Positions 1 to 16,400 are shown, counted from the first letter of the stretch. The stretch is 64,000 nucleotides of DNA from Bugula neritina (GCA_964035545.1 OZ037767.1:12695801-12759800), one strand, 5' to 3'. Numbers and translations are program-made. Notes: generated by a model from the letters alone, not told the origin.

Positions 1-722
<722 letters not shown>

Positions 723-1926
723 ATAAAATAATTTAGTATATTACGCATTTTGAATTATTTTAAATTGTCATCAAACATTGTAATTTTTTTTTTATACTTT
801 AGTGCACAAAAGCAAATATTTAAATGATGTTATGCTGTTATTTTGCTGCAGCTAATGCAGTATATGTATACTGTATACACATATTAGGAACTATGATTCT
901 CAGCTATATTTATGACAAAACCTATCTGTATTTTAACCTGCATTATGTCAAATCATGAGAAACTTTAAGAACAGCAAGCAGTTACATGGTCTGGTAGAGT
1001 CAATGCATTTATGAATAATTGCATACAATAATTGTCGTTACTAGGTTGTTAAGGCAGCAGATTAGCTTGCGCTGCCTTTCCAGATTAATAACTCATGACA
1101 ACTTCTAACAGCTAATTACTGTATTAGCAATTACACTAAAGCAGTGGCTACATAAATTTGATATTAAAATTTAACTACAGTAATTATTGATAACATTCAT
1201 TATTTTATTGTAATATTTTCGAGTGTCTCCTTAAGCATTATGACAAGTAAACAACTAAATATACATTCAATATTGCTGCAGGTGTGCCTGCTGGACATTA
1301 GCTTACTAATACATGGTACGCTGTATTCTGATTGGCTATTTGAAATGCCTGAGATAATTATTTTAATGCAACTCGTTTACCATCTATAAGTCAACCGGGT
1401 AAAAAATATATGTTTTTGAGAAACATCAAGTAGAAATCTTCATTAACTAAAACATCAAAGTACTATCTTTTAGTTTTTAAAGTAAAAAAAATTAGACAAA
1501 ATTTGCATAATAAATAAGTTAGTCAAATACTTGATAATCTTCTTCAACTTTTCAACTTGCTCGCTTATAGTGAAAGCTAGGATTTTTCAAACACTATATG
1601 ACTAGCTATTGCCTAATAATGACAAAGTTATGCATTGCACTGCAGTTTTGCATTGAATCTCTTATTATACAAGAATAGTTTTTAAAAACATCGCTATTTG
1701 TTTATAAAGCTGGTTTATAACAATAAAATTTTATAAAAAAAAATCAAAATGGTAATATAATACATATGATACATAATATTATATTATAACACTCTATTTT
1801 TGTATATTACAATATAATATATAATATGCTGAGTTCTTACTGCATTGCTGTATACCATAGTAGCATGCAGTCTTCTGCATAGCATTATAGCATGTATATA
1901 ACACAATAATTACATAGCATTATAGC

Positions 1927-1984
1927 ATGCAGCGCACTGCATAACATTATAGTGTGCAATGCAAGCATTTAGATACTGTTTATC

Positions 1985-2040
<56 letters not shown>

Positions 2041-2098
2041 GATAAACAGTATTTAAATGCTTACATTGCACACTATAATGTTATGCAGTGTGCTGCAT
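1927..2098. repeat. Palindrome: ~60-bp inverted arms around a (TA)n core
   Basis: atgcagcgcactgcataacattatagtgtgcaatgcaagcatttagatactgtttatcatta-(TA)n-taatgataaacagtatttaaatgcttacattgcacactataatgttatgcagtgtgctgcat; the arms are near-perfect reverse complements. Confidence 0.9.
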
Positions 2099-4249
2099 AA
2101 CATTATAATGCCATAATACTGAAGTGTATTTATATATGCTGAATTAAAACTCAAGTTATATAAAAGTATATAAAAATGAAATTATATACAATCATAATGG
2201 TAGTTTCAGATTCCAAATCTCTTATATGTATAAACATACTTTCATGGCAGAAAAATGCTAGTTATATTTCCACATTAGGGTGTGTAGTTACTTTATTATA
2301 CTGAATCAAGTGGATGTTACAGATATATCAATATTATTTATATACTGAATTATAAACATGACAAACAACTTTATTTTAAGTTATATGCCAACTTAGAACA
2401 TCAATTTTGCACCATATATTATCAGCTCAACTGAGCGCTGTTGGAAACAGTAGCATACAACTCCTGTTAATTTACTTTTATCATAGAATTAGCCTGTTCT
2501 AGAGTTTATGACATAATTATTATGATTTATGAAGAATATATGAAGTGACTGATTTATCATTTATTACAGTGAAACTACCTGAAGCAGTGGAGTGGATATT
2601 CAGCTGTTGGTTTATTGCACACCAATACTAATTACTAATACTACTCGCTGCACACCAGTCACTAATATTCCCCACCAAAACTACTTACTAATAGCACCAA
2701 CAAATACTACTTGCTAATACCAATAATTAGCTAATACCAATAATTCGATAATAAGCAGCTTAAGCCAGCAACCTGATTTTATTTTTTGAAATATATTAGA
2801 CTTGGTTTTATTGCATGCATAATCGTTTATTGGTTGAATCCTAAGAGGCTGTTGGTTGACATTATAGCTTTTTAAATAAAAAATAATCAGTTTGACTTAT
2901 AGGGTTAGAAATGAGCAAACGCATTCAGCAGTTATCTTCTCAATATGAAATTGAAGTATAATATAACAAAGAAATTAGCAAAAGCTCAAACTCTAGATCA
3001 TATTTATTTTAGAGCAACGCAGACATATTTTACATACAACTACATTACTCTGTTAGTTGAAAAATTTATATTGATAAATTAGTTACATTAAAATAACAAA
3101 ATAATGCAGGGTGAAGCCCAACAAAACAATGTAATATTTAGATCTGATATTAATACTAATGTTTCTGTCAATGTTAATAAAAAGGTTGACCCATGGAATA
3201 GGTGCTGATCTTTCTCCATTTCTTCAACAGAGAGTATCTGTAGAAGATAGAAGCTATTAGCTCTAGTGAAGAAAATTACTTTGTCTGAGAAACAAAAAGG
3301 ACTCAGCTGAGTTTGTCCAGTTGCATCCAACCAGTAGTCTAGAGTCTAGACCATGCCATCTGCTGTCTAAAACCCAAACATATGACCCCATTACTGCCGC
3401 ACCGAAAATACACAAGGTCAGCTTAGATCTATATGAATGCACTGGATTAATTTACACGCGAAGAGAGCAAATAAAAAACAGCCATGTGGAGTTATACTCG
3501 TAATAAAAAGCAGAGTGAGTCTCATTCATCTCTTTCTATTTTAATAAAATATAAGAGCAGACAACTACAAATTACATAAATCGAAAGAACAACTTTTAAC
3601 ACGCTATAAAACTTAACATAATAATATAAATATAATTTACACCATTATTTACTTGCTAGTTTTGCAGTGTTCTTAACTGTTTATTTCTTATCTACCTGCT
3701 TACTTTGTAAGCAAGAAATCAAGTTGCTAATTTTCGATTTAGGCCTCCTTTGACTTTATGCTAGCACTAGCATAAATTAAGATCAATACAATGAGGTTGA
3801 TCCCTACGAAACAGGTACAACATAATTTACTCAACGGCTAACTCTTTGCAGTGCTCTTAAATACTTGTTCCTTAGTTACTTGCTTACAGTGTAGGCAACA
3901 AATCAAGTTGTTAACTTTCCATTTTCCATTTAACATTAATAGCAGCAAATGAGATGTTTTGAAACTCAATTCAATTCAATTCAACAGGTACAACTGTAAT
4001 ACTACAATATTCTAATTCGCATAGACAAATAAGAAAGCAAGATTAGTACAGTTGTGAAATGAAATTATATTAATTATTTGACCCGATGTCATTACTCATA
4101 GTATTGGAATTGGAGTCAGTGTTCAGGGAGCGTACTTGAGGAGATCATCACACTGGACTACCATAAGGAGAGGAAGGGGTGTGCCATATATGAATCATAT
4201 GTTGAACAATCATTGGCCAATAGTCATACAGTTGGGCTGATTGACTGAA

Positions 4250-4980
4250 CAGGGACTCAATCTGGTTTATGTGGAGATCTCTGAATTATTGCCTTGATTG
4301 TGACCAATCTTCAGATCTCTGACAATCCTTGGGAGAAAACTGTTTAGGTATTTGGTACTGTTAACATCTTCTGATAGATAGATCTGTACAACGGCAGTAG
4401 ACATAATGCTTTGTATGCAATCAACCGTGCTCGTTTGGAGGGGAGGGGGAGGGGGGCAGTAGAGAGCTTTTTTACCAGTTCTTTCTTCTAGCATCTAGCA
4501 TTTTATTTGATATATTATGTTGGTTGAACTTGAAAATATATTTGCAGCATGACATCCAGGTATTTTGTATAGTTTACACGATCTAGCACTGATCCATTCA
4601 GCTGTAATTGGAAGTATCACTAACAGAGTTGAAGCGTATTATTTTGCTCTTAAAAATGTTGAATAACATAGCCCACTTGTCTGACCACAAACCAGAATAA
4701 TCTAGGTTTTATTAGAACCTGCTGCAGTCACTGAATGAGGCTATATCCTGGTAGACAAGGTTGTCATCAGCAAACAAGGTAAATGAGCATTGAAGACAGT
4801 TAGGTAAATCGTTGAATTATTGATGAAGAGGAGTGTTGGTTCCAAAACCGATTCTTATGGCACACCTAAGATAACATTAACTGGTAAAGGGTCGGAGTTC
4901 CGAGGCATCAGGCATGATCTTGCAACACCACTGGCTGTGCCTGTGGACGATTAGCTAGGAAGTTTTCTATCCAGTGCAAG
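4250..4980 (-). mobile_element. Decayed non-LTR retrotransposon (CR1/L2/Jockey-like) RT fragment
   Basis: Broken minus-strand translations include HWIENFL, LGVP*ESVLEPTLL (cf. GVPQGSVLGP), TLFADD and the C-terminal KYLNSFLPRIVRDL (cf. YSFFPRTIRDWN). Many stops and frameshifts. Confidence 0.7.
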
Positions 4981-5311
4981 TGTAGGATGTATTCATTCAA
5001 ATCTGCAATTTCTGAAAGTTTTTTTATTTAAATAAAATACTCGATCAAAGACAAGTGCTTTATACTTACTCTTGGTCTAGTGAAGTTTAAAATTAAAAGT
5101 CAAAGTCAAAGTGAGCACATCCAATTCCATTTCCAATTTCACTCTCTTTGTCAGATATTAAAAATTTGAGGTAGTGTGAACTTTTAAATCTATAAAACTT
5201 TTAAAATTATGCAATAAATATCAAAATAAATACTTTAATTGCACAATGACATAGTGATAGTCATAGTGACTGTGATAATCATAATCGTAGTCTTGATGTT
5301 TCATTGCCCTG

Positions 5312-7164
5312 ATGAATAAAACGGAATGTGAAAATAAAATAATTAACGTGATCGGTCAGAATACGATAGTTGTCCGAGTAAGCCACTTCATACTGTATCG
5401 ACAAAGTATATACTAACTAACGATTCAAACGCTACAATAACGTCTAAAAAATTATTGACATCTGTACTATACTATCCAAACGCTAGTAACGCGAAATGAG
5501 ACAAGGCAAAGAGTGTCGATTCCAGCATAATATTTTGTAATTGTTTATTTCGTTACTATGGCAAAAGAGTTCGAGTGAGTTGTCTAGTTTAAATATTATT
5601 ATGTTTAGATTTGTGAATAGTTGATAGCATACAGAGTTAGTCATATGTGGTGTAAAAGTAAGGAGAAAAAGATTAATGAGTTGAAGTAGTACAGTAACTT
5701 CAAAATTTGATAGAATTTTATATAGCAATTATATATAGCAAATAATTCATAAATGATAAAACTTGAAAGTTTATAGAAATAGGTCTGTGTTTTTGAATTA
5801 TTTTATAAAACATTACCATGGACTATTTTTAAATTAAATATCTAGTGTGACAGCTAAAAAATCAATAATGTGAAAAACTTATTTATTTTACGAGCATTTT
5901 TTCAATAATGCACATACTTCAAGTCATGTTATAATGCTTCTAATCTGATGCGTGTAAGTTATTGGAATAATTTTAGCACCTAGCAGTATGCAATAATCAC
6001 AAGTTAATATGCATTGGAATACTATAATTTATTGTCACACTACATTTATTAAATACAAATTATTAGTTTTATATATTTAAATAATTAAAATTAACTTTAA
6101 TAATTTAACATTCTAGCCTCTAGACACCAGTAGTGAAGTGCAGCTATATTAGGTATGAAATAGGTACTTAATGATTGTCATTTATGCATTGCGCTAATTA
6201 TCTTTTGTTTTAAATTATAGGCAGGCTAATATAGAGAATGTGTTCGATTCTGAGGATAATAGCAACACACTAGCAGATTTACCAGTGGAGCAGAATATCA
6301 GCGTTCCTGAACCTCCACCATTGCCTCCACAAGTTAGTTATTAGCACTAGTTGATTTGAACTGTTATTTTTTAAATATGGCAGTGCTATAATTTTGGTGC
6401 TGTATTTTCAATTACAATATTTATGTATCATTTATGAAAAGAATGTTTTAATTTTAGAAATTGAAGGTTCCCAAAAATTTGAAACTTTATCAAGATATGC
6501 CAACAGAAGAAAGGGAGAAAAATCTAGAAAAAGCTGTGGACGAAATCAATAAAAAAGCTAATGTTATGTGTGTTATTTCATAGACCAAATAAATTTTTAT
6601 ATAAAATCATATAAATATTTTGCTACGAATGCTTTTTTAACTTCAACTTGACATATTTGTTAAAAGAATTTTGTCTAATAAGTAAGCTGCAATCTGCAAT
6701 ACCTTATCTAGACTTAAAATTTTAATTAATATTCACCTTTTTTAATATTATCAAATATAAGGCTAAAAATGGCAAAGCCAAGTAGATCTACAGAACATGC
6801 TATGAAAGAAGACATAATTTTCCATGAATAGTTAATTTGTTTTTCCACATAGCAATCTACATACATTCTTTTTAAAAAATACTAACTTTAAATTCATTTA
6901 TTTATTAACTCAAGTATATTTCACAAAGCAAAAAACAATCATCTATCAAATAATTGTTATTTTGCAGTAAAAATGTTAAAAAATATATTCACACTGCCAG
7001 CTGGTGAATGCAATAAATAAAAAACAAATAATAAATAAACAAGAACTAATTTACAACTCAAAAATTTACAGAAACTATTTCTATGCCTAATGGGAATAGA
7101 CAGACTGAAATATGCCAATGCTCCAGAATCAAGAAGAAGCTTGGAGAAACAACTAAAAATATGA
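5312..7164 (+). CDS. Putative small 4-exon gene of unknown function (~120 aa)
   Basis: Phase-compatible GT-AG exons ~5312-5377, 6225-6332, 6458-6562 and 7072-7164 join to MNKTECENKIINVIGQNTIVVR-ANIENVFDSEDNSNTLADLPVEQNISVPEPPPLPPQ-KLKVPKNLKLYQDMPTEEREKNLEKAVDEINKKAN-KLFLCLMGIDRLKYANAPESRRSLEKQLKI*. No family recognised. Confidence 0.45.
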
Positions 7165-7445
7165 TAGTTTTTCAACTAATGTACTAGTGACTATCCCTAC
7201 TAAGGCTATTAGTATATAAATAGCTCACCAAATTCTTGATATGTCCTTGCAACTTTTACCAAAAAGTAACTATTGCCATGTTGTAATAACACAATTTGTA
7301 TAAAACAAGATGATGCATTCTGTAGAATTCTCCAATATGGTTACTCATATAAAACAATATGGCTACCCATTATTAAAATACTACTGCTTTCTACTATTGT
7401 CTCTACACTGTTGTTTTTCAAATAGTGCGTACTAAACTTGGCCTA

Positions 7446-10400
7446 CTAAACTGCTGCTATGCATTGTGGTCCATTAACACTGAAAGACAGCTCTTTCATA
7501 TCAAATGGTTCGTATTCAATAGAAGGATCTAACATGGCCGCTAATCCTGTGTTTTTCTGTTCACCTTTTACTTTGAAGGCACTAATAAGTTCTGCTCTTT
7601 TCTGTAAAAAATAAAAATACATGGATATGCGAAAAGTTATTTCAATCACAATGTTCTGCTCACCAAAACAAGAACCAGAGCTGCACATTTGAATCTAGGG
7701 CTAAATTTTATTTTTAGCATTTCTAGGATAACAATAATTTTAAACTATGTTAAGTTAAAAAAAACCATCAAAATTATCATAACTGTAAGTTACCAAATTT
7801 ATACTTTAGATTTAATTTAAAAATATGAAGAAGGAAACAATACACACACTCACCTTGATGCTGTTTGGATAACCGGCTTTATAGGTAGGCAGATGTGCAT
7901 GCATGAGCGGATAAATCCACTCAGTGAATGTTGAAACAAGAGTACTTGCTAGCACTTCTACATCTCTCTGAAAAAAAACAATTCCTGGTATAAGTATAAT
8001 ACAAACATGGTATTGGCAGCTACAGAAGCACACAAAAGCAAGTAAAATCAAAACTCCCGAACCCACAAGCCCACAACCAATAGCAATGAATAATCAATCT
8101 GGCAAACCAGCTTTGCAAATTAAAGATTGATGATATTAAGAGTTATCTTCTTCTATATTATCCAATATCTTACAAAACTTAGCTTAGTAAGCATAACATT
8201 ATAATGGTGAATCCTCTACAACAATCTTACATAGGGCTTTATAAAAAAGATATTCCGTATTTTTACTCGCAATCTGCAGTTTCTCTGGTAGAGTTTCTTG
8301 CCTGCCAATTTTTACCAGAATGAATAATCGACTTTAGTGCCAGCAGTAATATTAATTTTTTATTATACTTTACGAATAACATTTGCCTAAATATAGAAAA
8401 CTATAATACTACAGCACACCTTTCTGCTAGTTTATGCTGTTTAACAAGAATTTCAAAAGATCTTCTTTTATAGGAATTATCTACTTTTGATTAGCATAAC
8501 CCGGTATTGAGAAGTATAGCAAGGATTGCTGATTGGCATTTGTTATATCACAAGGTGGCTTGTAATACTTTTGTGGCCAACAACTGAAAATCAAGTTAAA
8601 TATTTAAACTCGATAAGGCTCCCAAATCAGGCAACACATAAAAATAAACAGCAGCCCCAGCATTAGACTGTGGTTCAACAGATAATCATAGCCTGTGATG
8701 CAAACAAAACAAAGTCAATATCACAAAAATCAAACATGTGAAGTCTGTGATTAAAAACAAAAATTCAAGGAAAACAAATTTTAACTGCTTTTTATTCAGA
8801 AGACAAGTGACTGAATATTTCAAAATTGAAGTACGGAGTCCATCACAAAGATGGCGCCATTCCAGATAGACGACCAAATTCCAGTTAGACGACGCCAAAT
8901 ATTGCTATCAAATATATGCGCAGATGACATTCAAATATATCTTACTACTTTAAACTTTAAAATTAAATAAATATAATGTAGAAGAATATTCAAAAAATTA
9001 TAATATGTTACATTACATTTTTTAAGAGAGTTAGGCATTTTATGGGTATTGCTTTAGTAAGCTGTTAGAGCGGTGGCTTCAATGAGTGCCTGCGCACATT
9101 GATTCACATGAAACCGAAATAAATGCAATTTAGTATCAAATATCATTACTTTTTAATTCTTAATGCTTTTTGAATAAAGTGATCTAAATGGAAGTTGTCC
9201 AGTTGGGGTCATCTAAGTAGAATATATTGCTGATCGTCTATCTGGACTGAAACCACAAAGACCGTGCTACTAACTACTATTTGAAGACAAAACCTGCTTT
9301 GAAATTCATGCAATTATTTTAAACAAAGAAGTGATCTTGGGCTAAAATAAGAAACTGTTATAACATGACAACTAAAACCTCAGACTAAACTTATAAAGCA
9401 GCATCACTGTGCAGGGGAGAATGTATTCAGTGTATAGACTACTACAGGTAGGCCAGTACTAATGTACTACACAGCTACCATAGTATTTCAACAATCACAT
9501 CAATTTAGTGTCAAGTCTTTCACCAGGAAGTCTAGTAAAAGCAGCGTGTTTATCAAACAACCCAAAATTTCAACAAAACGTCATTAAAAGCCAAGCTTGA
9601 AATTACTAGTGCAGTTTCTTTAGTGCAAAACAGGCTAAAGCATTTCGAGAAGCAATCAAATATCATATAGCACAAAATTTTCATTTTCTACACATTTTAA
9701 ACCCAACATTAGTCTCTGACTAGAAGAGCACACATATTCAAGTGTCTTAAGTTAGAAATCATTGTGAGTATACATACTGCGGGTGTGTTTTTGGCGAGTA
9801 GAGTAAACTAAAACATAACAAATGCGTTCCTTTCTCATGTAACACAATCGTAGAAGTTTCTTTGAAGACTATAAATACTGTATGAAACTGCATAGACAGC
9901 AATTAGATGTGTTAGACAGGCCCTTTTTAGTATTAACAGAGACCTGATTGGCTTAGCTTATACTATGCATAATATTGTGTGGTCAAACAAGCAAAGCAGG
10001 AACAGCTTTGGAGTTTCTAGTTGGTTACTATTTGAAGGTTTTTGTCTTCGGTCTTATTTTATTTATGAAAAGCTTGAGATGGCATGAATCCACCTCAAAT
10101 AAGAGTAGTTGCCTTAACAAAATAAATCCTATATTATGAGAGGGCAGAGTTTGTAGTAAATGAATTTTTATATTCATATCTTCAACAGTTTCATATTATG
10201 TGCAGCGCACAAAATATTGTTTTAGCTTAAATTAGTGAGGCTCAAAATTTTAAATATACTGGGCTGTAGAATATAAAAATTATTTGTGAAAATTACTTTG
10301 AATTCTGTAGCAAATGTAGAGCCAAAGGTTCTTACACTAATGAATGAAGTATTGGAAGTTTGAGAGCGAAAGAAAATATATACTAATAAAAAGAGAAGAC

Positions 10401-13400
10401 AACTTACTCTATCCGTCCTACTTTTCGACTTCAACTTCAAATCCCAGCGTTCCTGAAATAATTTAAAATATGATGAAATAATAAAACATAATAAAATAAA
10501 AGATATGTGAGAGATAAAATTTAGCATCAACTGAGCTAAAGGTTGGACACAATGTGCTTGTGATAAATTATCAAAGTCTGAGTAAGTTATAGGTAAACTA
10601 AGTCTATGTCATTTCTTTCACAATTATTTTTGACTTCACTATTTCTTAGCAAGTCTGGAAGTGCTAGTTCACTCACCTAATTCAAAATTACATTAAAAAA
10701 GGTAATGGCTCTCCAACTATTTTAGTATAAGAATCCTCAAAAACTATTAAATATTACTAACGACATACCAACAATAAATCGGTGAGGTCTGGCATTTCAA
10801 GGAGCTGAGGAAAGTGGGCTAAGAATGGTTCAAATACAGGTTCTAAAACATATGATATATAACATGATATAATAGAATCTTTCAGCATACATAATAGTAG
10901 ATGCGCACTGATGACAAAAGTAACAGCAGACGTATAGTAACAGTAAAAGTATAGCAATAGCAGATAGGTGATGACAAAACATGTCCAACAATTGAAGATA
11001 AGGTCCACACAATGGAATGCTACTCTCTCAAATAACAAAGTCCTGAGTCAGGTGCAAATAGGTAGCTATACTTACAATGTTGTGCGCAATTAACATACCT
11101 TGGCCAATGCGACTACAGTGTGAGCAAATTTTATCACAATGTTTGACAAGTTGGCTTAGAATTTTCAGTGAGCATGAAAATATGAAAAAACTTGTTTAAA
11201 AAACCTTTCATCTAAAAAGTTATTTTCGAACACTTTCAAAAAATATGTACAGTTAAATTCAACTTCTTTCAACAGCTTACCGGTGGATTGGAGATTGTCC
11301 CGATCTCTTAGAAGGACACAGGCTAAGTAGTGTCTATATAGAGCCAGGCTATGAAGATAAGGGACTTTACCAACAACCACGCTGGGCAACACACTAAAAT
11401 ACACAGAAGATGACGTTTCCTGCTAATTGTGTAAATAACATAAAACTGTGTAGGCCTAAATATTGTGAAACTTTAGTTAATGATCCTAAACCAATGCATA
11501 AAGTATTTTTAAGCCAAAATACTGAGCTATTACGCAATAGCAAATGAAATGATCATAGAATATAATGTGATGCAATGCAATATGAATATGGCATATAACT
11601 GTTATATGATACAATATAATGTAATACAATGTAATATATAGTATTATGTAATGTATGTATATGTATGAAGGGCTAAAATTGACAATTTAACAAAAGAGCA
11701 AAGCCAAGCCAAAGATCTGTACAAATATAGGACTTGAAGTGAAAGTTATAATTACTTGCTATATAACTGTCTACCCAGCTATATTTACTATACTATACCA
11801 GCTATATTTACTATACTATACCAGCTATATTTACTATACTATACTAGCTATATTTACTATACTATACTAGCTATATTTACTATACTGTACCAGCTATATT
11901 TACTACACTATACCAGCTATATTTACTATACTATAGCAGCTATGCTTACTATACTATACCAGCTATATTTAGTATACTATACCAGCTATATTTACTATAC
12001 TATACCAGCTATATTTACTATACTATAGCAGCTATGCTTACTATACTATACCAGCTATATTTAGTATACTATACCAGCTATATTTACTATACTATACCAG
12101 CTATATTTACTATACTATACCAGCTATATTTACTATACTATACCAGCTATATTTACTATACTATACCAGCTATATTTACTATACTTATATACCAGCTATA
12201 TTTACTATACTATACCAGCTATATTTACTATACTATACCAGCTATATTTACTATACTTATATACCAGCTATATTTACTATACTATACCAGCTATATTTAC
12301 TATACTATACCAGCTATATTTACTATACTATACCAGCTATATTTACTATACTATACCAGCTATATTTACTATACTATACCAGCTATATTTACTATACTAT
12401 ACCAGCTATATTTACTATACTATACCAGCTATGCTTACTATACTATACCAGCTATATTTACTATACTTACTCTACTTATTGTACTTACCATACTTACTGT
12501 GCATGCTGTATTTACTGTACTCACTATACCAACTATACTTACTCAAATCTTTCTTTCTGTTCATTATTAGCAGCGTTGGTTTTCATCACGAGAGTCGGCT
12601 GCTTGTTTCTGGACAGAAGACTCATGAACCTGGAGGAGGCTACAGAGAGGAACAGAAACCAGATGAGCTGGTAAAGGTAATACTAACACAGTAAATACAG
12701 TCATATTCACAGTCAATGTTGTATCTTAAAAACTCAAATCATATGCTGCAACACCTGAAAATGTAGGAGTTAGAAAAATGAAAATAATTAAATATAAGTC
12801 TAACGAAACGGTTTATTTAGTATCAATATTGAATAGTGCATATTAATATAGAATAGTGCATGTCAATATAGAATAATGCATGTCAATATAAAATAGTGCA
12901 TATCAATACAGAATAGTGCATATCAATATAGAACAGTGCATATCAATATAGAATAGTGCGTATTGATATAGAATAGTAAGTAATAATATAATGCCAAGAT
13001 GAGAGCTTTAAGTAAAGCGGTTAAAATGTAATAATTTTAACAAAAAAACTTAAAACTCAACAAAAATAAATGCACCAAATCGAAACCATCACCACATGCT
13101 CATGCAACAACAAATTAATGATAGTGTAACATGGTTACTGATAGGATAATTTTTCAGGGCATCATGAAAATTGACTCTTAGATGAGATTAGTCAATGGTG
13201 AAATATATCAACGAAATGTCTTTCCTCAATCCTGTAACCTTGCACATACTAAGCCACCAACTCTAACCATTAGACCAAATTACATCACAATAGATTATTT
13301 TATCAATTTTCAACAAATTTTTACTGTTACTAACTAATCATTCTATCTAAAAGATTTGTACTATTAGGTAACCGTAGGTGACCAATATTCCAATTTTTGC

Positions 13401-16400
13401 TTGATTGAACAAGTTGAAAACTTTATCAAGTTAAAACAGGTTATTCAAGCAGAGTATTGTTCAGGCTTATCAAACCAGTTTTGATCTTGTTAGAAAAGTA
13501 GCATCAAGCAAAATGAACTGTGACTATAAGCTCAAAGTGATAGTGAGTGTTAATTGATTGATTGTTAATTGATGGTGTCAACTAATTGAGTGTTGATAGA
13601 TAGTGAGTGTCAATTGATTGTGAGTGTCAATTGATTGTGAGAGTCAATTGATTATAAGTTTAAACCACAACATAAATTTAGAGTGACAGACAAGAAATAA
13701 ATGATATTACATAACTGGACAGTAATTATCAGGTAGAGAAGCAGGAAAATATAACATGTATTTACTTACATGCTGTTGAAAAGAAAGTAAACACAACTAA
13801 TTAGTATTATCGATAAAGGAAATAATGCATGATTTATAAAACATTAGTTTCGGTTTATAGCAAAGCAAACTTCAAATGATATTTTGATATAGCATTTACT
13901 ATATTAGTACATTGCTTGAGATAATCTAATGCAAGATATATATAATAATGACGAATGAATACATGCATTTTCATTTGTTAGAGGAAATATTACACAAGAC
14001 AAAGGGCCAGATTAGTGATAGTGTGAAGAGATTAACACATTTGAACTGTGCAATTGCTGTACAGGTGTACACGTAGATAGTATTTACTTTTGGATTAGTT
14101 GTGTACGTGCATATGAAGTGTGTTGGATCAACATACATGCATTACACATTCCACACAATTAGAACGGCGTTCATTATAGAGATTGTCTGAGAATTGTGGA
14201 ATATGATTTGCTCTGGAAAATGTAAATTTGTATCAAGAACCAAAAGGTTTGAGGTAAAAGAGTGCTTTAATACTGAATGCATGTTAGTAGACTAGATAGT
14301 ATTACATCAGTCTAAATAGGTCAACGCAGTGAGTGTGAATATCAAGGTACTGAGTCTAGAAATACAATATGTATGCCATGATAAAAGTGACTAACAATTG
14401 AATAGAAGACATTTGAAAGGAAATCCAAAGATTTCAGCAACACAAAAGTATTTCTGAATACCATTGTAGCAGCACCTGCACAGAATGCCTTACATCGAAG
14501 GGTATTTATTTGAGATGATTAAAAAGAGCAAATAAAATCTGATAGATTAGAGTTGAAGTATAACAGAACAATTTCAAGTAACGAAAGACAGAATATTCTG
14601 TGGAACATGAAAATGACTATATAGTGTGTCAATAGTGAGTACATGGTATGAGGTATATTATAATATAGAGTATATAGTAGTGAGTACATAGTATGAGGTA
14701 GATAATAATATACAATATATAGTAGTGAGTACACAGTATGAGGTAGATAATAATATAGAGTATATAGTAGTGAGTACAGCGTGAGCAGTAGTGAATAGAG
14801 AGTATATAGAGTAGTGAGTACATAGTACATAGTTAGCATGGAAAAACATGAATGTTTGTTTGAGTAATGTGAGAGAGGACACAGATTAAGTAATGTGAGA
14901 GAGGGTAGTGAGAAGGGACAGTATAGTTTGAATAATGTGAGAGAGGGTAGTGAGTAGGGACAGCATAGTTTGAGTAATGTGAGAGAGGGTAGTGAGTAGG
15001 GACAGTATAGTTTAAGTAATGTGAGAGAGGGTAGTGAGTAGGGACAGCATAGTTTGAGTGATGTGAGAGAGGGTAGTGAGTAGGGACAGTATAGTTTGAG
15101 TAATGTGAGAGAGGGTAGTGAGTAGGGACAGTATAGTTTAAGTAATGTGAGAGAGGGTAGTGAGTAGGGACAGTATAGTTTGAGTAATGTGAGAGAGGGT
15201 AGTGAGTAGGGACAGTATAGTTTGAGTGATGTGAGAGAGGGTAGTGAGTAGGGACAGTATAGTTTGAGTAATGTGAGAGAGGGTAGTGAGTAGGGACAGT
15301 ACAGTTTGAGTAGTGTGAGAGAGGGTAGTGAGTAGGGACAGTATAGTTTGAGTAATGTGAGAGAGAGGGTAGTGAGTAGGGACAGTATAGTTTGAGTACT
15401 GTGAGAGAGAGGGTAGTGAGTAGGGACAGTGTAGTTTGAGTAATGTGAGGGAGGGTAGTGAGAAGGGACAGTACAGTTTAAGTGATGTGAGAGAGGGTAG
15501 TGAGTAGGGACAGTACAGTTTGAGTAGTGTGAGAGAGGGTAGTGAGTAGGGACAGTATAGTTTGAGTAATGTGAGAGAGAGGGTAGTGAGTAGGGACAGT
15601 ATAGTTTGAGTACTGTGAGAGAGAGGGTAGTGAGTAGGGACAGTGTAGTTTGAGTAATGTGAGGGAGGGTAGTGAGAAGGGACAGTACAGTTTAAGTGAT
15701 GTGAGAGAGGGTAGTGAGTAGGGACAGTATAGTTTGAGTAGTGTGAAAGAGGGTAGTGAGAAGGGATAGTATAGTTTGAGTAATGTGAGAGAGGGTAGTG
15801 AGTAGGGACAGTATAGTTTGAGTAGTGTGAGAGAGGGTAGTGAGTAGGGACAGTACAGGTTGAGTAATGTGAGACAGGGTAGGATGTGTGCAGAGGTAAT
15901 GAACAGGATCAACTGATTTGTTACCTAAACTTTCTTTCCTTACAGACACTCTTCTGTCGGAAGAACCTGACCAATCATGTGAGAGATTACAATCACTTGT
16001 CAAAATAAAATACGAACATTTCACTGTATTACTACAATGAGCTCCAGGTGTTCTCAGTTTAATACGAAACTAGCTGAATATATTTCAGCAAATGAGACAG
16101 GTTATTATACAATCACTTAGGATATTATTCAAACCCTAATAGTATAATCCTATTGGCTGTTAGTGGGTAACACTTATAATGACTCACTTCTCCGGGCAAT
16201 AGAAGGATCAACTTCAACGTCCTTTTCAAAAGGTGTTCCACCATTCACCATCAGGTCATACTCCCTGAAACAAACAGATAACTTTAACTCAAACATGGAT
16301 ACCTTCAATAGTACTGAAGGAAAAACCAGTACTGTTGAATCAGGATATACACTGTATTTCCATTACTTCACCTTATGCAAATGGATGCTTGTACAAATAA

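Noticed and set aside
8420-8583. Exon-like segment with a good acceptor in an NPHP1 intron
   Set aside because: All three frames hit stops, and the NPHP1 alignment is already continuous without it.
11756-15912. Tyr/Thr/Leu-rich ORFs and regularly spaced repeats resembling CRISPR
   Set aside because: Head-to-tail minisatellites with no unique spacers and no cas genes, in a eukaryotic intron.
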